Positions 52,101 through 62,042 of a stretch of 64,000 bases of DNA are shown piece by piece (the first letter of the stretch is position 1; each line of letters begins with the position of its first letter). The notes under the pieces are model-generated. The model was not told where the DNA came from, ran no database searches, and saw only the letters and a list, made by a program, of their open reading frames with translations. Origin of the DNA: Polyangiales bacterium (GTDB lineage: Bacteria > Myxococcota_A > Polyangia > Polyangiales > Polyangiaceae); assembly GCA_038231275.1 (NCBI GenBank), contig JBBRLQ010000011.1, positions 1-64,000 on the forward strand, read 5' to 3'. A program made the position numbers and the translations under genes.

Positions 52101-54851
52101 ATGCTGGCCGCTGCCGGGGACTCCTTTCGCCTCGTAGGCACGGTCCTCGAGCGCAAGTACCGCGTCGATCGCCGCGTCGCGGAGGGTGGGTTCGGCGTGG
52201 TGTACGCGGGTCATCACCTCGGTCTCGACGTCCCGGTCGCTGTGAAGGTGCTGAAGCCGAGCGAGGACGCGAGCGCGGGGCTGGCGTCGGTCCTCGAGGA
52301 GGCGCGCCTCCTCGCGAAGCTGAGGCACCCGTGCATCGTCGCCGCGCTCGACTCGGGCCTCACGTACGTGGAGGCCCTCGGCCGCGACGTGCCGTGGATC
52401 GTGCTCGAGTGGGTCGATGGCGAGACGCTGCGCGACGATCTGTCGCGGCGGCGCGCCACCGGGTCACGCGGTCGATCACGTGTAGAGTGCATGGATCTAC
52501 TTCGGCCGGTGCTCGAGGCGATCGCAGCGGTCCACGAGGCGGGGATCGTCCACCGCGATCTCAAGCCGAACAACGTGATGCTCGCGCCCGGCGGCAAGGG
52601 CAACGTCACCGCCCGTGTGCTCGACTTCGGCGTCGCCAAGCTGATGCGCCGCGAGGAGAGCGAGGCCATCCCCACCGGCGATACGGCGACGGGCACGCGC
52701 GGCTCGGCGTTCACGCGGGAGTCGGCAGCGCCCGAGCAGCTGTCGGGCGCGCGCACGGGCCCGTGGACCGACGTGTTCGCGCTCGCGCTGCTGCTCGTCG
52801 AGGTCCTCACCGATCGCGCGCCGTGGGGCACGACCGACGCGAATGAGCACTACCGCGCCGTCTTTGCTCCGGAGCGGCCGACGCCGGCGCGCCTCGGCGT
52901 GGACGTCGGCGCGTGGGAGGCGATCGTGGCGCGCGCGCTCTCAGTGCGCCCGGCGGATCGTCCGCCGAGCGCGCGCGCCCTGCTCGAAGAGCTCGACGGC
53001 GCGCTGGCGACGGCGTCGCGGGATGCGCCCCAGGGTGGGGTCGCGACGTCTGACAGCGTGCTCCCGGACAGCGGTTTCGCGGCGACCGAGCGCCGCGCGG
53101 ACGACGCCGCCCCCGAGACGACCGCTCGCGCGCGGCGCAACGGCGCGGTGCTCGCGCTCGCCGCGATCGCAGGCTTGGCGGCGCTCTCGTTGGGAGCCTT
53201 CGCGATCCGCTCGCGCGACCGCGGACCGAGCGCGGTCGCGTCGCCCGACGTCGACGCCGCCGCAGCAGCGCGCCCAGGCGTCTTCGCGCTCGCGTCGCCG
53301 CCCTCGCAGATCACCCGCGCAGGCGACTGCTCGGGATCGCCCATCTTCGCGGAGGACGGCTCGATCGTCTTCGTCCGCCAGGAATCGGGCGCGAGCCGCC
53401 TCGTCCGAATCGATCCCGCGACGCACGAGGAGCGCGCGCTCACGAGCGATCCTGGTGGCAGCGCCTCGCGTCCCGCGCCCGGCGAAGGCGGCAGCGTCAC
53501 CTATTCGTTCCGTCCGAAGGGGAGGGCAGCGACGGAGGTGCGTACCGTGCCGCTCGCCGGCGGCGCGTCGCGAAGCCTGGAGCGCGGAGACGATCCGTGG
53601 TTCGCCGGCGGTTTTCTCTTCTTCCTCCGGGGCGACGATCGGGCCATCCGTCGGCGGGCGCTCGACGGGAGCGTCGACGATGTCGTCTTCGAGGCGCCCT
53701 CCACCTCGCTCTTCGAGAGCCTCGTCGTCTCCCGGGACGCACGCTGGATCGCGGCGACGAAGGGGGGCCTGGATACCGGTCGCCCCGCCAAGCCGCTGTG
53801 CATCGGCGAGGTAGGGTCGGGGAGGCCGCTCGACTGCACGTCGGCGGGCTTCACCACCGGGCGCCGCGCCGCGTTCTCTCCCGATGGCCGCGCCGTCTAT
53901 CTCACCCGGCAGGATTCGATCGTCCGCTTGGAGCTGGCGACGCTCGAAGCGACGACGGTGCCGGTGTCGCCGAGCGCGACGAGCCTCGCCATCGCCAAAG
54001 ACGGCGAGCGCATGGTCATGTCGACGTGCCGGACCGTCTACGAGGTCTTCCGCGGTGACGGGGGCGCGACCGCTCCGCTCGCGGCGGCCGTCGGCGCCGT
54101 CGGCTCCCCGGCAGTCGGTCCGCGCGGCGAGCTCGCGTTTCCTGTCGCCGCCGGCGGGTTCACCGCGCTCGCGTTCGCCGCGGACGGCGCCGCGTCGCGT
54201 CGCGTGCTGACGACGGGAGAGCGCCTGATCACCGAGGCCGCGTTCTCCCCCGACGGGACGCGGATCGCCTTCCACGACGGCGCAGCGGGTGGCGGAATCT
54301 TCGTCGTAGAGGCCGACGGCGATCGCGGTCCGACGCGCCTGACGTCCGATCCCGCCGACGCGACGCCGTTCTGGCTCGATCAAGAGCACGTCGTCTACAT
54401 GCACCCGGAGGAAGGGCTCGCCTATGGCCGCGTGTACGTCGTGTCCGCCGTCGGTGGCACCCCTACGCCGCTGCCGAAGGTGCCAGGTACGCTCGTCGGC
54501 GCGGTCCCGTCGCGCGGCACGTTGCTCCTCGCGTACCAGAACCCTTCGGGCGACAAGCTCGTCGAGGCGACGCGCGCGGGGAAGGTCCACGACGTGGCGC
54601 TCGCCGGGAGCCCCCCCGACATGCGCTGGGAGACGTACACCGCAGCGTCTCCGGGCGGGCGTCACCTTGCCTGGTTCTCGGGCGGCAAGGCGTGGCGCGC
54701 GGACTTGACGACGGGAAAGGCCGCGCCGGTCGAGATCGACGCCCCGAGGGGCGCGCCGATCTCGATCCAGCCCGACGACGAGGGGCGGGTGACGTCGTCG
54801 TTCCGTCACTCCGAGGGGCAGCTCTACGAGGCGCGCGGCACCTTCCGCTGA
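52101..54851 (+). CDS. Bitopic Ser/Thr kinase with extracytoplasmic TolB/PD40-like propeller
   Basis: AAGGAGG RBS; GGFGVVY, VAVK, HRDLKPNN, DFG; TM; AFSPDG repeats. Confidence 0.92.
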   Translation: MLAAAGDSFRLVGTVLERKYRVDRRVAEGGFGVVYAGHHLGLDVPVAVKVLKPSEDASAGLASVLEEARLLAKLRHPCIVAALDSGLTYVEALGRDVPWIVLEWVDGETLRDDLSRRRATGSRGRSRVECMDLLRPVLEAIAAVHEAGIVHRDLKPNNVMLAPGGKGNVTARVLDFGVAKLMRREESEAIPTGDTATGTRGSAFTRESAAPEQLSGARTGPWTDVFALALLLVEVLTDRAPWGTTDANEHYRAVFAPERPTPARLGVDVGAWEAIVARALSVRPADRPPSARALLEELDGALATASRDAPQGGVATSDSVLPDSGFAATERRADDAAPETTARARRNGAVLALAAIAGLAALSLGAFAIRSRDRGPSAVASPDVDAAAAARPGVFALASPPSQITRAGDCSGSPIFAEDGSIVFVRQESGASRLVRIDPATHEERALTSDPGGSASRPAPGEGGSVTYSFRPKGRAATEVRTVPLAGGASRSLERGDDPWFAGGFLFFLRGDDRAIRRRALDGSVDDVVFEAPSTSLFESLVVSRDARWIAATKGGLDTGRPAKPLCIGEVGSGRPLDCTSAGFTTGRRAAFSPDGRAVYLTRQDSIVRLELATLEATTVPVSPSATSLAIAKDGERMVMSTCRTVYEVFRGDGGATAPLAAAVGAVGSPAVGPRGELAFPVAAGGFTALAFAADGAASRRVLTTGERLITEAAFSPDGTRIAFHDGAAGGGIFVVEADGDRGPTRLTSDPADATPFWLDQEHVVYMHPEEGLAYGRVYVVSAVGGTPTPLPKVPGTLVGAVPSRGTLLLAYQNPSGDKLVEATRAGKVHDVALAGSPPDMRWETYTAASPGGRHLAWFSGGKAWRADLTTGKAAPVEIDAPRGAPISIQPDDEGRVTSSFRHSEGQLYEARGTFR

Positions 54852-54855
54852 CGCG

Positions 54856-56166
54856 CTACTGGCAGCGCAGCTGCCACACGTGAAAGCCCACGCCGTTGCC
54901 GCCGGTCCACAGGAGACTCTGCCCGAGCTTCACGAGGCTGTTGTTGTTGATCCCCACACCCTTGAGCGGCACGTTGGCGCTCGCGACGGGCTTGGTGAGA
55001 TCGATCCCCGTCGGGTAGTCGGCGAAGCTGCCCATGCCGGCGAGCGCCACCGCCCCTTTGCCGTCGGCGCCGATGCGGTAGACCCATCCCTTGTTCGAGC
55101 CGGCGATCAGGTTCTGCCCGTCGTTCGTGAGCGCGAAGATGATCGCCTGCTGCGACGAGTCGGTGTTCGGATATACGCCGCGCGCCTGGTAGACGACCTT
55201 CTGCGCGCCCGACGTGGGGTCGATCTCCCAGAGCAGATCGTCGGTGACGGTCGCGCCGGAGACGTACAGCTTGCCGTTCAAGACGGTCATCGCCAGCGGG
55301 TTCTCCTGATTGGCCGCCGAGTACTTGAAGAGCGTCGATACCGTGTGCGCGGCGTCGTTCGCGATCTTCTTGATCTTGGCGTTGCCCTTGTCTGCAAAGT
55401 ACACGTTTCCCTGCGCGTCGGCGGTGGGGATGGCGATGCCATTGAACTTCGCGCTCGCGCCGGGGCCGTCGACGTCGCCGGGCGACGCCACACCGCCGGA
55501 GATGTCTTGGTCGAGCGTCTTCGCCGGGTTGCCGGCGTAGGGGGCCGCAGTGCACGTCGCCGCGGGCGTCTTGAGCTCCACGAAGCCGTTGCCGCGGGTG
55601 TCGACGACGAGGACGTTCCCGTTGGGGAGCGCCGTGACGCCGTTCACGATGATGAAGCGCGCCGCCGAGCACGCGCCGCTCGGCGTGTAGGACGACGTCG
55701 AGTCGGTCTCGTCGCCCGCGACCCGCAGCACCTTCGTCCCCTCGGTGCGCCAGACCTCCTGGTTCGTGTCGATGTACACGGTCTGCCCGACGACCGTGAG
55801 GTTCTCGCTGCGCAGCGGCGGATCGGCGAGCTTCTCCTGCCCGGCCGGATTCCACCCGCCGAGCGTTCCGTTGAAGTACGGGTTGCCGGAGAAGAGCACG
55901 GCGTCCGGACAGCTGGAGATCGCGGCTCCCCCTCCTCCGTCGTTGCCGCCGCCGCCATCGTTGCCGCCGCTGCCGTCGTTGCCGCCGCTTGCGTCGTTGC
56001 CACCCGCGTCGTTGCCGCCGCCCCCGCCGTCGCTGCCCCCGCCGCCGGCGTCGCCGGTGGGGGTGCCGTTGGGCGTGTCGGTCTTGGCGGCGGGAGAGCA
56101 GGCGGCGAAAAGAGCGGCAACGGACGCCGCGAGCACAGCGGACAAGCAGGTGTGGGAATAGTTCAC
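54856..56166 (-). CDS. NHL-repeat-like beta-propeller lipoprotein
   Basis: AAGGAG RBS; FAAC lipobox; GGND repeats; DGPGASAKF...DAQGNVYFADKGNAKIKKI. Confidence 0.85.
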   Translation of the reverse strand: MNYSHTCLSAVLAASVAALFAACSPAAKTDTPNGTPTGDAGGGGSDGGGGGNDAGGNDASGGNDGSGGNDGGGGNDGGGGAAISSCPDAVLFSGNPYFNGTLGGWNPAGQEKLADPPLRSENLTVVGQTVYIDTNQEVWRTEGTKVLRVAGDETDSTSSYTPSGACSAARFIIVNGVTALPNGNVLVVDTRGNGFVELKTPAATCTAAPYAGNPAKTLDQDISGGVASPGDVDGPGASAKFNGIAIPTADAQGNVYFADKGNAKIKKIANDAAHTVSTLFKYSAANQENPLAMTVLNGKLYVSGATVTDDLLWEIDPTSGAQKVVYQARGVYPNTDSSQQAIIFALTNDGQNLIAGSNKGWVYRIGADGKGAVALAGMGSFADYPTGIDLTKPVASANVPLKGVGINNNSLVKLGQSLLWTGGNGVGFHVWQLRCQ

Positions 56167-56195
56167 GGTTGGATCTCCTTCGGTGGAGACCCTTT

Positions 56196-56211
56196 AGCAA
56201 GCGATGTACCG
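56196..56211 (-). promoter_or_regulatory. sigma54 promoter
   Basis: CGGTACATCGCTTGCT on the minus strand. Confidence 0.72.
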
Positions 56212-56260
56212 CAGCGAGTCGCGGTAAATGATCGGGGTTTGGCGGAAATGCGCGCGCGAC

Positions 56261-56303
56261 TGCAACGCCTTTCCCGGTGGCATGCAACGCGCGGGCAGTT
56301 GCG
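56261..56303. promoter_or_regulatory. Tandem enhancer-like palindromes TGCAAC-N9/10-GTTGCA
   Basis: TGCAAC-gcctttcccg-GTGGCA TGCAAC-gcgcgggca-GTTGCG. Confidence 0.72.
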
Positions 56304-56311
56304 CCCGCACG

Positions 56312-57703
56312 TCACTCGCCGCGGTACGCGCGCGGATCAATATCGAAGCGCCGGAGCCAGCGCTGGACTTGCTGCCGGGCCTTGCCCATCGCGCGCGCGA
56401 CCTCGGTGACGTTTCCCTTCGCCTCGCCGAGGCGGACGAGGAGCTCCCTCCGCAACTCCACGTCGCGCGCGTCGGGCACGTCTTCGGGCGACGGTGCGAC
56501 GTCCTCGAGCGCAGAGGCGACCGCCGCCGGCAGATCCTCGACGGTGACGACGCCGTCCTTGGCGAGCACCGAGGCGGCGTGCATGCATTGTTCGAGCTCG
56601 CGCACGTTCATCGGCCACGCGTGACGGAGGAGGGCGCGCGTCGCCTCCTGATCGAGGCGCATCTCGGCGCCGCCAATCTTCCCGGCGCGGGAGAGCGCGG
56701 CGACGAGGACGCCGAGATCGACCTTTCGCTCGCGCAGCGGCGGCAGGAGGAAGGTGTACCCCGCGAGCCGCGCATAGAGGTCGCGACGGAACGCGCCGCG
56801 CTCGATGAGCTCCTCGATGGGCATGTGCGTGGCGGCGACGATCCGCACGTCCACCTTCGCTGGCTGCGTGCTGCCCACCGGCATGACCTCCCCTTCTTGG
56901 ATCACCCGTAAGAGCGCGGCCTGCGAGCTCATCGGCAGATCGCCGATCTCGTCGAGGAGCAGCGTCCCGAAATTCGCCGCGCGCACCAAGCCGATCTCGT
57001 CCTTCACGGCGCCGGAGAACGCGCCGCGCAGGTGGCCGAAGAGCTGCGACTCGACGAGGTTCGCCGGGATGGCGCCGCAGTTGACGGCGACGAACGGACC
57101 GGGTCGCTTGGAGAGCGAGTGAACGGCGCGCGCCATCACCTCCTTGCCCGTGCCGGTCTCACCGAAGAGAAGGATCGAGAGCTGGGACGGCGCGACACGC
57201 GCGAGGCGCGCGAGGCGCTGGGCGAAGGATGGGTCGAGCGTGACGAGGCCGGGCGGTGCCGTCGCCGCGGCGTCGGGGATCAGATCCTGCGCGCGTCCGC
57301 CGGTGTCCTCTTCCACGTCGCGGTACACGAAGGCCGTTTGTCCGAGCGCGACGACGTCATGGTCCTCGAGCGCGTGAGCCTCGACCGCCGCGCCGTTGAC
57401 GCGCGATCCGTTGGTGGAGCCTGCGTCTTCGAGGAGGAACCGCCCCTCCTTCCTCACGATGCGCGCGTGCGCGCTGCTCATCCGCGGATCGGGGATCTCG
57501 AGGGTGGCCTTGGAGCCCGACGCGCGGCGCAACGTGCGGGCGTCGCCGCGGCCGATCGCGAGCTCGTCGAGGTCCGCGAGCGCGACCCGAAGCCCACCGG
57601 CGTCGAGCCGCGCGCCCTCGAGGACGAGGAACAGGTACGGCTCGATTCGCGCGCCGCGCGCGCCCCCGCCGGACGGATCTCGCTCGGTCGATTCGATGGG
57701 CAC
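56312..57703 (-). CDS. FHA-domain sigma54 enhancer-binding protein (GAFSGA variant)
   Basis: IGRG, MSSAHA, DAGSTNGS; GETGTGKE, GAFSGA, WPMNVRELE; GNVTEVAR HTH. Confidence 0.94.
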   Translation of the reverse strand: MPIESTERDPSGGGARGARIEPYLFLVLEGARLDAGGLRVALADLDELAIGRGDARTLRRASGSKATLEIPDPRMSSAHARIVRKEGRFLLEDAGSTNGSRVNGAAVEAHALEDHDVVALGQTAFVYRDVEEDTGGRAQDLIPDAAATAPPGLVTLDPSFAQRLARLARVAPSQLSILLFGETGTGKEVMARAVHSLSKRPGPFVAVNCGAIPANLVESQLFGHLRGAFSGAVKDEIGLVRAANFGTLLLDEIGDLPMSSQAALLRVIQEGEVMPVGSTQPAKVDVRIVAATHMPIEELIERGAFRRDLYARLAGYTFLLPPLRERKVDLGVLVAALSRAGKIGGAEMRLDQEATRALLRHAWPMNVRELEQCMHAASVLAKDGVVTVEDLPAAVASALEDVAPSPEDVPDARDVELRRELLVRLGEAKGNVTEVARAMGKARQQVQRWLRRFDIDPRAYRGE

Positions 57704-57732
57704 ACGCCCATTCTAGAGCGGAAGCGCGGAGG

Positions 57733-59196
57733 CTAGTAGCCCATGTCGGCCATGCCCGACTTGTTTGCCTTGAGCGCCTCGTCGCGCTGGACGGCCTTCG
57801 GTGCCGCCGCTGCCGCGCCCGCCGCGCGCCGCGTCGCCTGGATGCTCGCCGCGCTCGCGTCGAGGCGCTTCTTCTGCGTGTCGTCCTTGGTCACGGCCGC
57901 TTGCGCGACGATTTTGCGCTCCGCCGCCGCGAGCTCCTTGTCCGCGTCGACGAACTGCCCTTGGTTCATCGCCTGCGCGGCCTGCATCTTCAGCTTGCCG
58001 GCCTCTTGAACTGCGACGATCGCCTGCGTGCGCGCGCTCGCGTGGCTCGCGATGGCCGAGCCGTCGCTCGTCGCCGACACACGCGCCACGGTCTCCTGGA
58101 TGCGCTCGAGATCGCCGTCGTTCGGATCGTGGAACACGAGGCGCACGCTCGCGAGCGGCTTCTGCGCCGCACCCTCGAAGCGCGCCGGATCCACGCGCAC
58201 CTTCACGAGCGCCTCGCGGTGCTGCCCCGAGTAGAGAGCGCCGAGCGGGATTCGAAGCGCGCCGGAAGGCTGCCAGTCGGTGCGGATGCCGTCGGTCCCG
58301 ACCAGGCGAACACCCGGCGCGGGCATGACTTCGACGAACGCGTCGCTCGCGACGGTCGACGTGAGGAGCTCGACCTCCTTGCGTAGGAACGCGGTCATCT
58401 CGACCGGATCGCTCACGTGGAAGAGGCGCCCGCTCGACCTGATCGCGAGCGCGTTGAGCGTGTGCTCGTCGTAGTCGTTGCCGACGCCAAGCGAGGTGAC
58501 CTGCGCGCGGAAACGGAGGCCGCGTTCCGCGACCATCCCGAGCGCCTCGGGCGTCGACGGGCCGACGTTCGCGATGCCATCCGAGATGACGACGACGCGG
58601 CGGACCGTGTGCGTCCCCGGCGCCTGCGCGACGTGCGCCTCGCCGAGCGAAAGGCCATCGAACAAGTTCGTCGAGCCTTGCGGACGGAGGCGCGCGACGG
58701 CGGCGAGCAAGCGCTCGCGCGAGTCCGGCGTGATGACCGTCGGCGCCACGAACGTCTCGGCGCGATCGCTGAAGGTGTCGATCGACACGATGTCGCCGTC
58801 CTGCATCGCCTCGATGAGCTGCTTCGCAGCGGCGCGCGCGTTGGTGATCTTCGCACCGGCCATCGAGCCGCTCGTGTCGACGACGAGGGCCAGATCCACC
58901 GGCGGCTTGTTCGCGATCTTCACCATCGGCACGTCGACCCACACGCCGAGGAACGCGTCGGTGGTCCCGCTGAGGATCATCTCGCTCTCGGCGCTTGCGC
59001 CGATCCAGTTGCCGGCCTTGATGGCGTCGGCGGGCTCGATGCCCTTGGGCTCCTCTGCTGCTGCGACCGGCGCGGACGCCGGATCCTTGACGACCGGAGC
59101 CGCGACCGCCGGCGTCGCCGCCTTGCCGCTCGCGCCGCAACCGGTCATGAGCGTCGCCGTCACCGCCAGAATCCCGAGAATCGCCGCGCGTCGCAT
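57733..59196 (-). CDS. vWA-domain lipoprotein
   Basis: AAGGAG RBS; MTGC lipobox; MIDAS DTSGSM, GSTN, ISDGIANVG. Confidence 0.9.
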   Translation of the reverse strand: MRRAAILGILAVTATLMTGCGASGKAATPAVAAPVVKDPASAPVAAAEEPKGIEPADAIKAGNWIGASAESEMILSGTTDAFLGVWVDVPMVKIANKPPVDLALVVDTSGSMAGAKITNARAAAKQLIEAMQDGDIVSIDTFSDRAETFVAPTVITPDSRERLLAAVARLRPQGSTNLFDGLSLGEAHVAQAPGTHTVRRVVVISDGIANVGPSTPEALGMVAERGLRFRAQVTSLGVGNDYDEHTLNALAIRSSGRLFHVSDPVEMTAFLRKEVELLTSTVASDAFVEVMPAPGVRLVGTDGIRTDWQPSGALRIPLGALYSGQHREALVKVRVDPARFEGAAQKPLASVRLVFHDPNDGDLERIQETVARVSATSDGSAIASHASARTQAIVAVQEAGKLKMQAAQAMNQGQFVDADKELAAAERKIVAQAAVTKDDTQKKRLDASAASIQATRRAAGAAAAAPKAVQRDEALKANKSGMADMGY

Positions 59197-59294
59197 GCCG
59201 TGCTCCTTTGGAGATCACCCTTCGCCGTCGTGGCGTCGTCGTGTGTCCTACGTACGCGCGCGCTCGGCGAAAGATCTGGTAATGCTCGGCCGCG

Positions 59295-59879
59295 ATGCCG
59301 ACCTTCGACGAAGGCTACTACCAGCGCTTCTATATGGCGAAAAAGACTCGAGTTTCGAGCCCCGCGCAGGTCGCCCATTTGTGCGCGGGGGCGGTCGGGA
59401 TGATCCGCTGGTTCGGCGGCGACGTGGCCACCGTCCTGGACGTGGGCGCCGGCGTCGGCCTGTGGCGCGACTGGTTTCAGGAGCACGTGCGCGGCGTGAA
59501 ATACCGGTCGACCGAGATCAGCGACTACGCCTGCAAGGCCTACGGTCACGAGAAGCGCGACATCGCGACGTGGCGCTCGAAGGAGAAGTTCGATCTTGTC
59601 GTCTGCCAAGGCGTGCTCCCGTACCTCACGGATCGCGACGCGGCCTCGGCGCTCGAGAATTTGGCTGCCATGACGCGCGGCTTCCTCTACCTCGAGGCCA
59701 TCACGCGCCGCGATCTCGACGACGTCTGCGACCGCGATCTCACTGACGTAAGTGTCCGCGAGCGACCCGGCAGCTTCTACCTGAGCCGCCTCGACCGCCA
59801 GTTCACGCGCCTGGGCTGCGGCCTCTTCTACAAGAAAGCGGGGCCTCTCCTCTTCTACGAGCTCGAGTGCCTCGTCTGA
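59295..59879 (+). CDS. Class I SAM-dependent methyltransferase
   Basis: VLDVGAGVG; FDLVVCQGVLPY. Confidence 0.88.
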   Translation: MPTFDEGYYQRFYMAKKTRVSSPAQVAHLCAGAVGMIRWFGGDVATVLDVGAGVGLWRDWFQEHVRGVKYRSTEISDYACKAYGHEKRDIATWRSKEKFDLVVCQGVLPYLTDRDAASALENLAAMTRGFLYLEAITRRDLDDVCDRDLTDVSVRERPGSFYLSRLDRQFTRLGCGLFYKKAGPLLFYELECLV

Positions 59880-59924
59880 GGCTCTCGGCGTGCCCGGAGC
59901 CGGCGGGTTCGACGGCGCGCCGCG

Positions 59925-59954
59925 AAGTTGTATTACAAATTTGTATTACAACTT
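59925..59954. promoter_or_regulatory. AT-rich operator-like palindrome, (TTGTATTACAA)x2
   Basis: AAGTTGTATTACAAATTTGTATTACAACTT; 28 of 30 positions are self-complementary. Confidence 0.8.
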
Positions 59955-60060
59955 GGTGGTTGAAAGCTCTCGCTGCACTGGATCTTTGAACGACCGGCCA
60001 GGGGCACCAGTTCCCTCGGTGCAGCGGTTGTAACCGAAGGAAACAACTGAAAATCCCATT

Positions 60061-60076
60061 AGGCACACATGTCGCA
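60061..60076 (+). promoter_or_regulatory. Possible sigma54 promoter
   Basis: AGGCACACATGTCGCA (GG-N10-GC; -12 element imperfect). Confidence 0.45.
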
Positions 60077-60088
60077 TAATGGGCGAGC

Positions 60089-62029
60089 ATGTCGTTCTTT
60101 GGATATTCCGCGGTTGCCCTCGTCCTGACCGGAGTCTCGCTCGTCGCCGTCGCGGGTTGCTCGTCGAGCGACGCCTCCAGCAGCTCTTCGGCCGCGGCGG
60201 TCAAAGCGAACGGCTTCGACCGCAACGACGTCCTCGACGACGCCTCCCTCGTCGATGTGGAGGCGATGAGCGAAGAGCAGGTTCAGGCGTTCCTCGAGAA
60301 GACCCCGTATGGCACGCGCTCGGGCCTCGCGGACTACACGGTCGGCAGCAAGACGGCGGCGGCGCTCATCCACGACGCGGCCGTCAAGAGCCGCATCAAC
60401 CCGCTGGTCATGCTCGTGCGACTCCAGATGGAAGAGGGGCTCATCCACGCGACCAACGCCGTCGACGCGAAGGTGGACATCGCGTTCGGCTGCGGCTGCG
60501 AGAGCGCCTCGTCGTGCGACGACAAGTATGTCGGCCTCGCGAACCAATCGACCTGCATGGCGCGCACGCTCCGTCGCGACATGGACCAGCTCGCGCAAGG
60601 CGGCTCGACCCTCTCGGGCTGGAAGCCGTGCGTCGCGAAGAAGGCCGAGGACGGATTGTCGGTCACGCCGGCGAACAACGCGACGGCGGCGCTCTACACG
60701 TATACGCCGTGGGTCGGTGAGGCCGGCGGCGGCGAGAAGGGCGTCGGAGGCGCGAGCCTGCACAAGCAGGTCTGGGCGAAGTACTCGACCTACGCCGGCT
60801 ACGGCCAGAAGAAGCAGATCCAGGCCGACAAGGGCGGCGCGTGCGGCGCAGATCATGGCGGCGGCAGCGGCGGAACGACGGACGACGCGGGCAGCGGCGG
60901 CGGCGTCGTGACCCCGCCGGCCGGCGGTTGCACCGACGACTCGCAGTGCGCGGACGCCACGCCGGTGTGCGATCGCGTCGGCAAGAAGTGCGTGGCCTGC
61001 CAGGCCGACTACGCCGCAGAGAACGCCGCGCCGCTGGCGTGCCCGACCCTAGCTGCCCCCGCGTGCGTCTCGACCGGACCCGGCGCCGGCAGCTGCGCCG
61101 AGTGCAGCGATCAGAACTCGACGGTCTGCGACGCGAGCGATGCGACGCCGGCTTGCAACACCGACAACGGGACCTGCGGCTGCACGGCCGACGGCGACTG
61201 CGGCGAAGCCAAAGTCTGCGACACGACGGCGAGCAAGTGCATCGACGGCTGCCGCGTGAGCGCGGGCGCCGACTCGTGCCCGACCGGCAAGGTGTGCAGC
61301 ACGAAGGACGGCACCGTCGGCAAGTGCATCGGCGAGACGTGCGAGCAGACGGGCTGCAAGACGGTGCCGAACCTGAAATGCGACACGACCGCCACGACGC
61401 CCACGTGCGTGGAGTGCCTCGCCGACGCCGACTGCACGGGCGGCAAGGTCTGCGACCCGCACGCGAAGAAGTGCGTCGAGTGCGCGGTGGGCGACAAGAA
61501 GGCGTGCGACGCGACGAAGACCGGCAGCGCGTGCTTGCCGACCAACCTCTGCGGATGTGTCGCCGACGCCGACTGCGGCAACGCGACGAGCGGGCGCGTT
61601 TGTGACAAGGTCGCCCACGCATGCAAGGCGGGCTGCCGCGACGTCGGTGGCAACGGCTGCCCCGATGGACAGACGTGCACGTCGGGCGACAAGGACGTCG
61701 GAACCTGCAAGGCCGTGACGACGCCCACGCCGCCCGGCGGCAAAGGTTCGGGGTCGGGCTCGGGCTCGGGCACGGGTTCGGGTTCGGGTTCCGGCTCGGG
61801 CTCGGGTTCGGGGGAGACCCTCGGCGGCGGCGGCGGTCACGTTCCTTCGAAGGGCAGCGGCGGTGGCGCGGCCGCCGACCCGACAACGCCCGATCCGACG
61901 GCGACCGACCCGGCGCCGGCAAAGAAGGGCTGCGCCGTGGGCGCCTCGTCGCCGGCCGACGGCGGAGTGTTCTTCGGGATGGCAATCGTCGTCGGCGCGA
62001 TGATGAAGCGTCGCCGCCGCACGGCCTGA
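60089..62029 (+). CDS. MYXO-CTERM surface protein with lysozyme-like N-domain and Cys-rich repeats
   Basis: VAGC lipobox; INPLVMLVRLQMEEGLI, AFGCGC, PANNATAALYTYTP; GS linker; GCAV..TM..RRRR. Confidence 0.82.
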   Translation: MSFFGYSAVALVLTGVSLVAVAGCSSSDASSSSSAAAVKANGFDRNDVLDDASLVDVEAMSEEQVQAFLEKTPYGTRSGLADYTVGSKTAAALIHDAAVKSRINPLVMLVRLQMEEGLIHATNAVDAKVDIAFGCGCESASSCDDKYVGLANQSTCMARTLRRDMDQLAQGGSTLSGWKPCVAKKAEDGLSVTPANNATAALYTYTPWVGEAGGGEKGVGGASLHKQVWAKYSTYAGYGQKKQIQADKGGACGADHGGGSGGTTDDAGSGGGVVTPPAGGCTDDSQCADATPVCDRVGKKCVACQADYAAENAAPLACPTLAAPACVSTGPGAGSCAECSDQNSTVCDASDATPACNTDNGTCGCTADGDCGEAKVCDTTASKCIDGCRVSAGADSCPTGKVCSTKDGTVGKCIGETCEQTGCKTVPNLKCDTTATTPTCVECLADADCTGGKVCDPHAKKCVECAVGDKKACDATKTGSACLPTNLCGCVADADCGNATSGRVCDKVAHACKAGCRDVGGNGCPDGQTCTSGDKDVGTCKAVTTPTPPGGKGSGSGSGSGTGSGSGSGSGSGSGETLGGGGGHVPSKGSGGGAAADPTTPDPTATDPAPAKKGCAVGASSPADGGVFFGMAIVVGAMMKRRRRTA

Positions 62030-62042
62030 TCCGCGAGTTCTC

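Noticed and set aside
59971..60026. Possible c-di-GMP-II riboswitch (GGGCAC...GTGCA, closing CGCTGCAC/GTGCAGCG stem)
   Set aside because: Only partial resemblance, and core conserved segments are not visible; an Rfam cmscan would decide.
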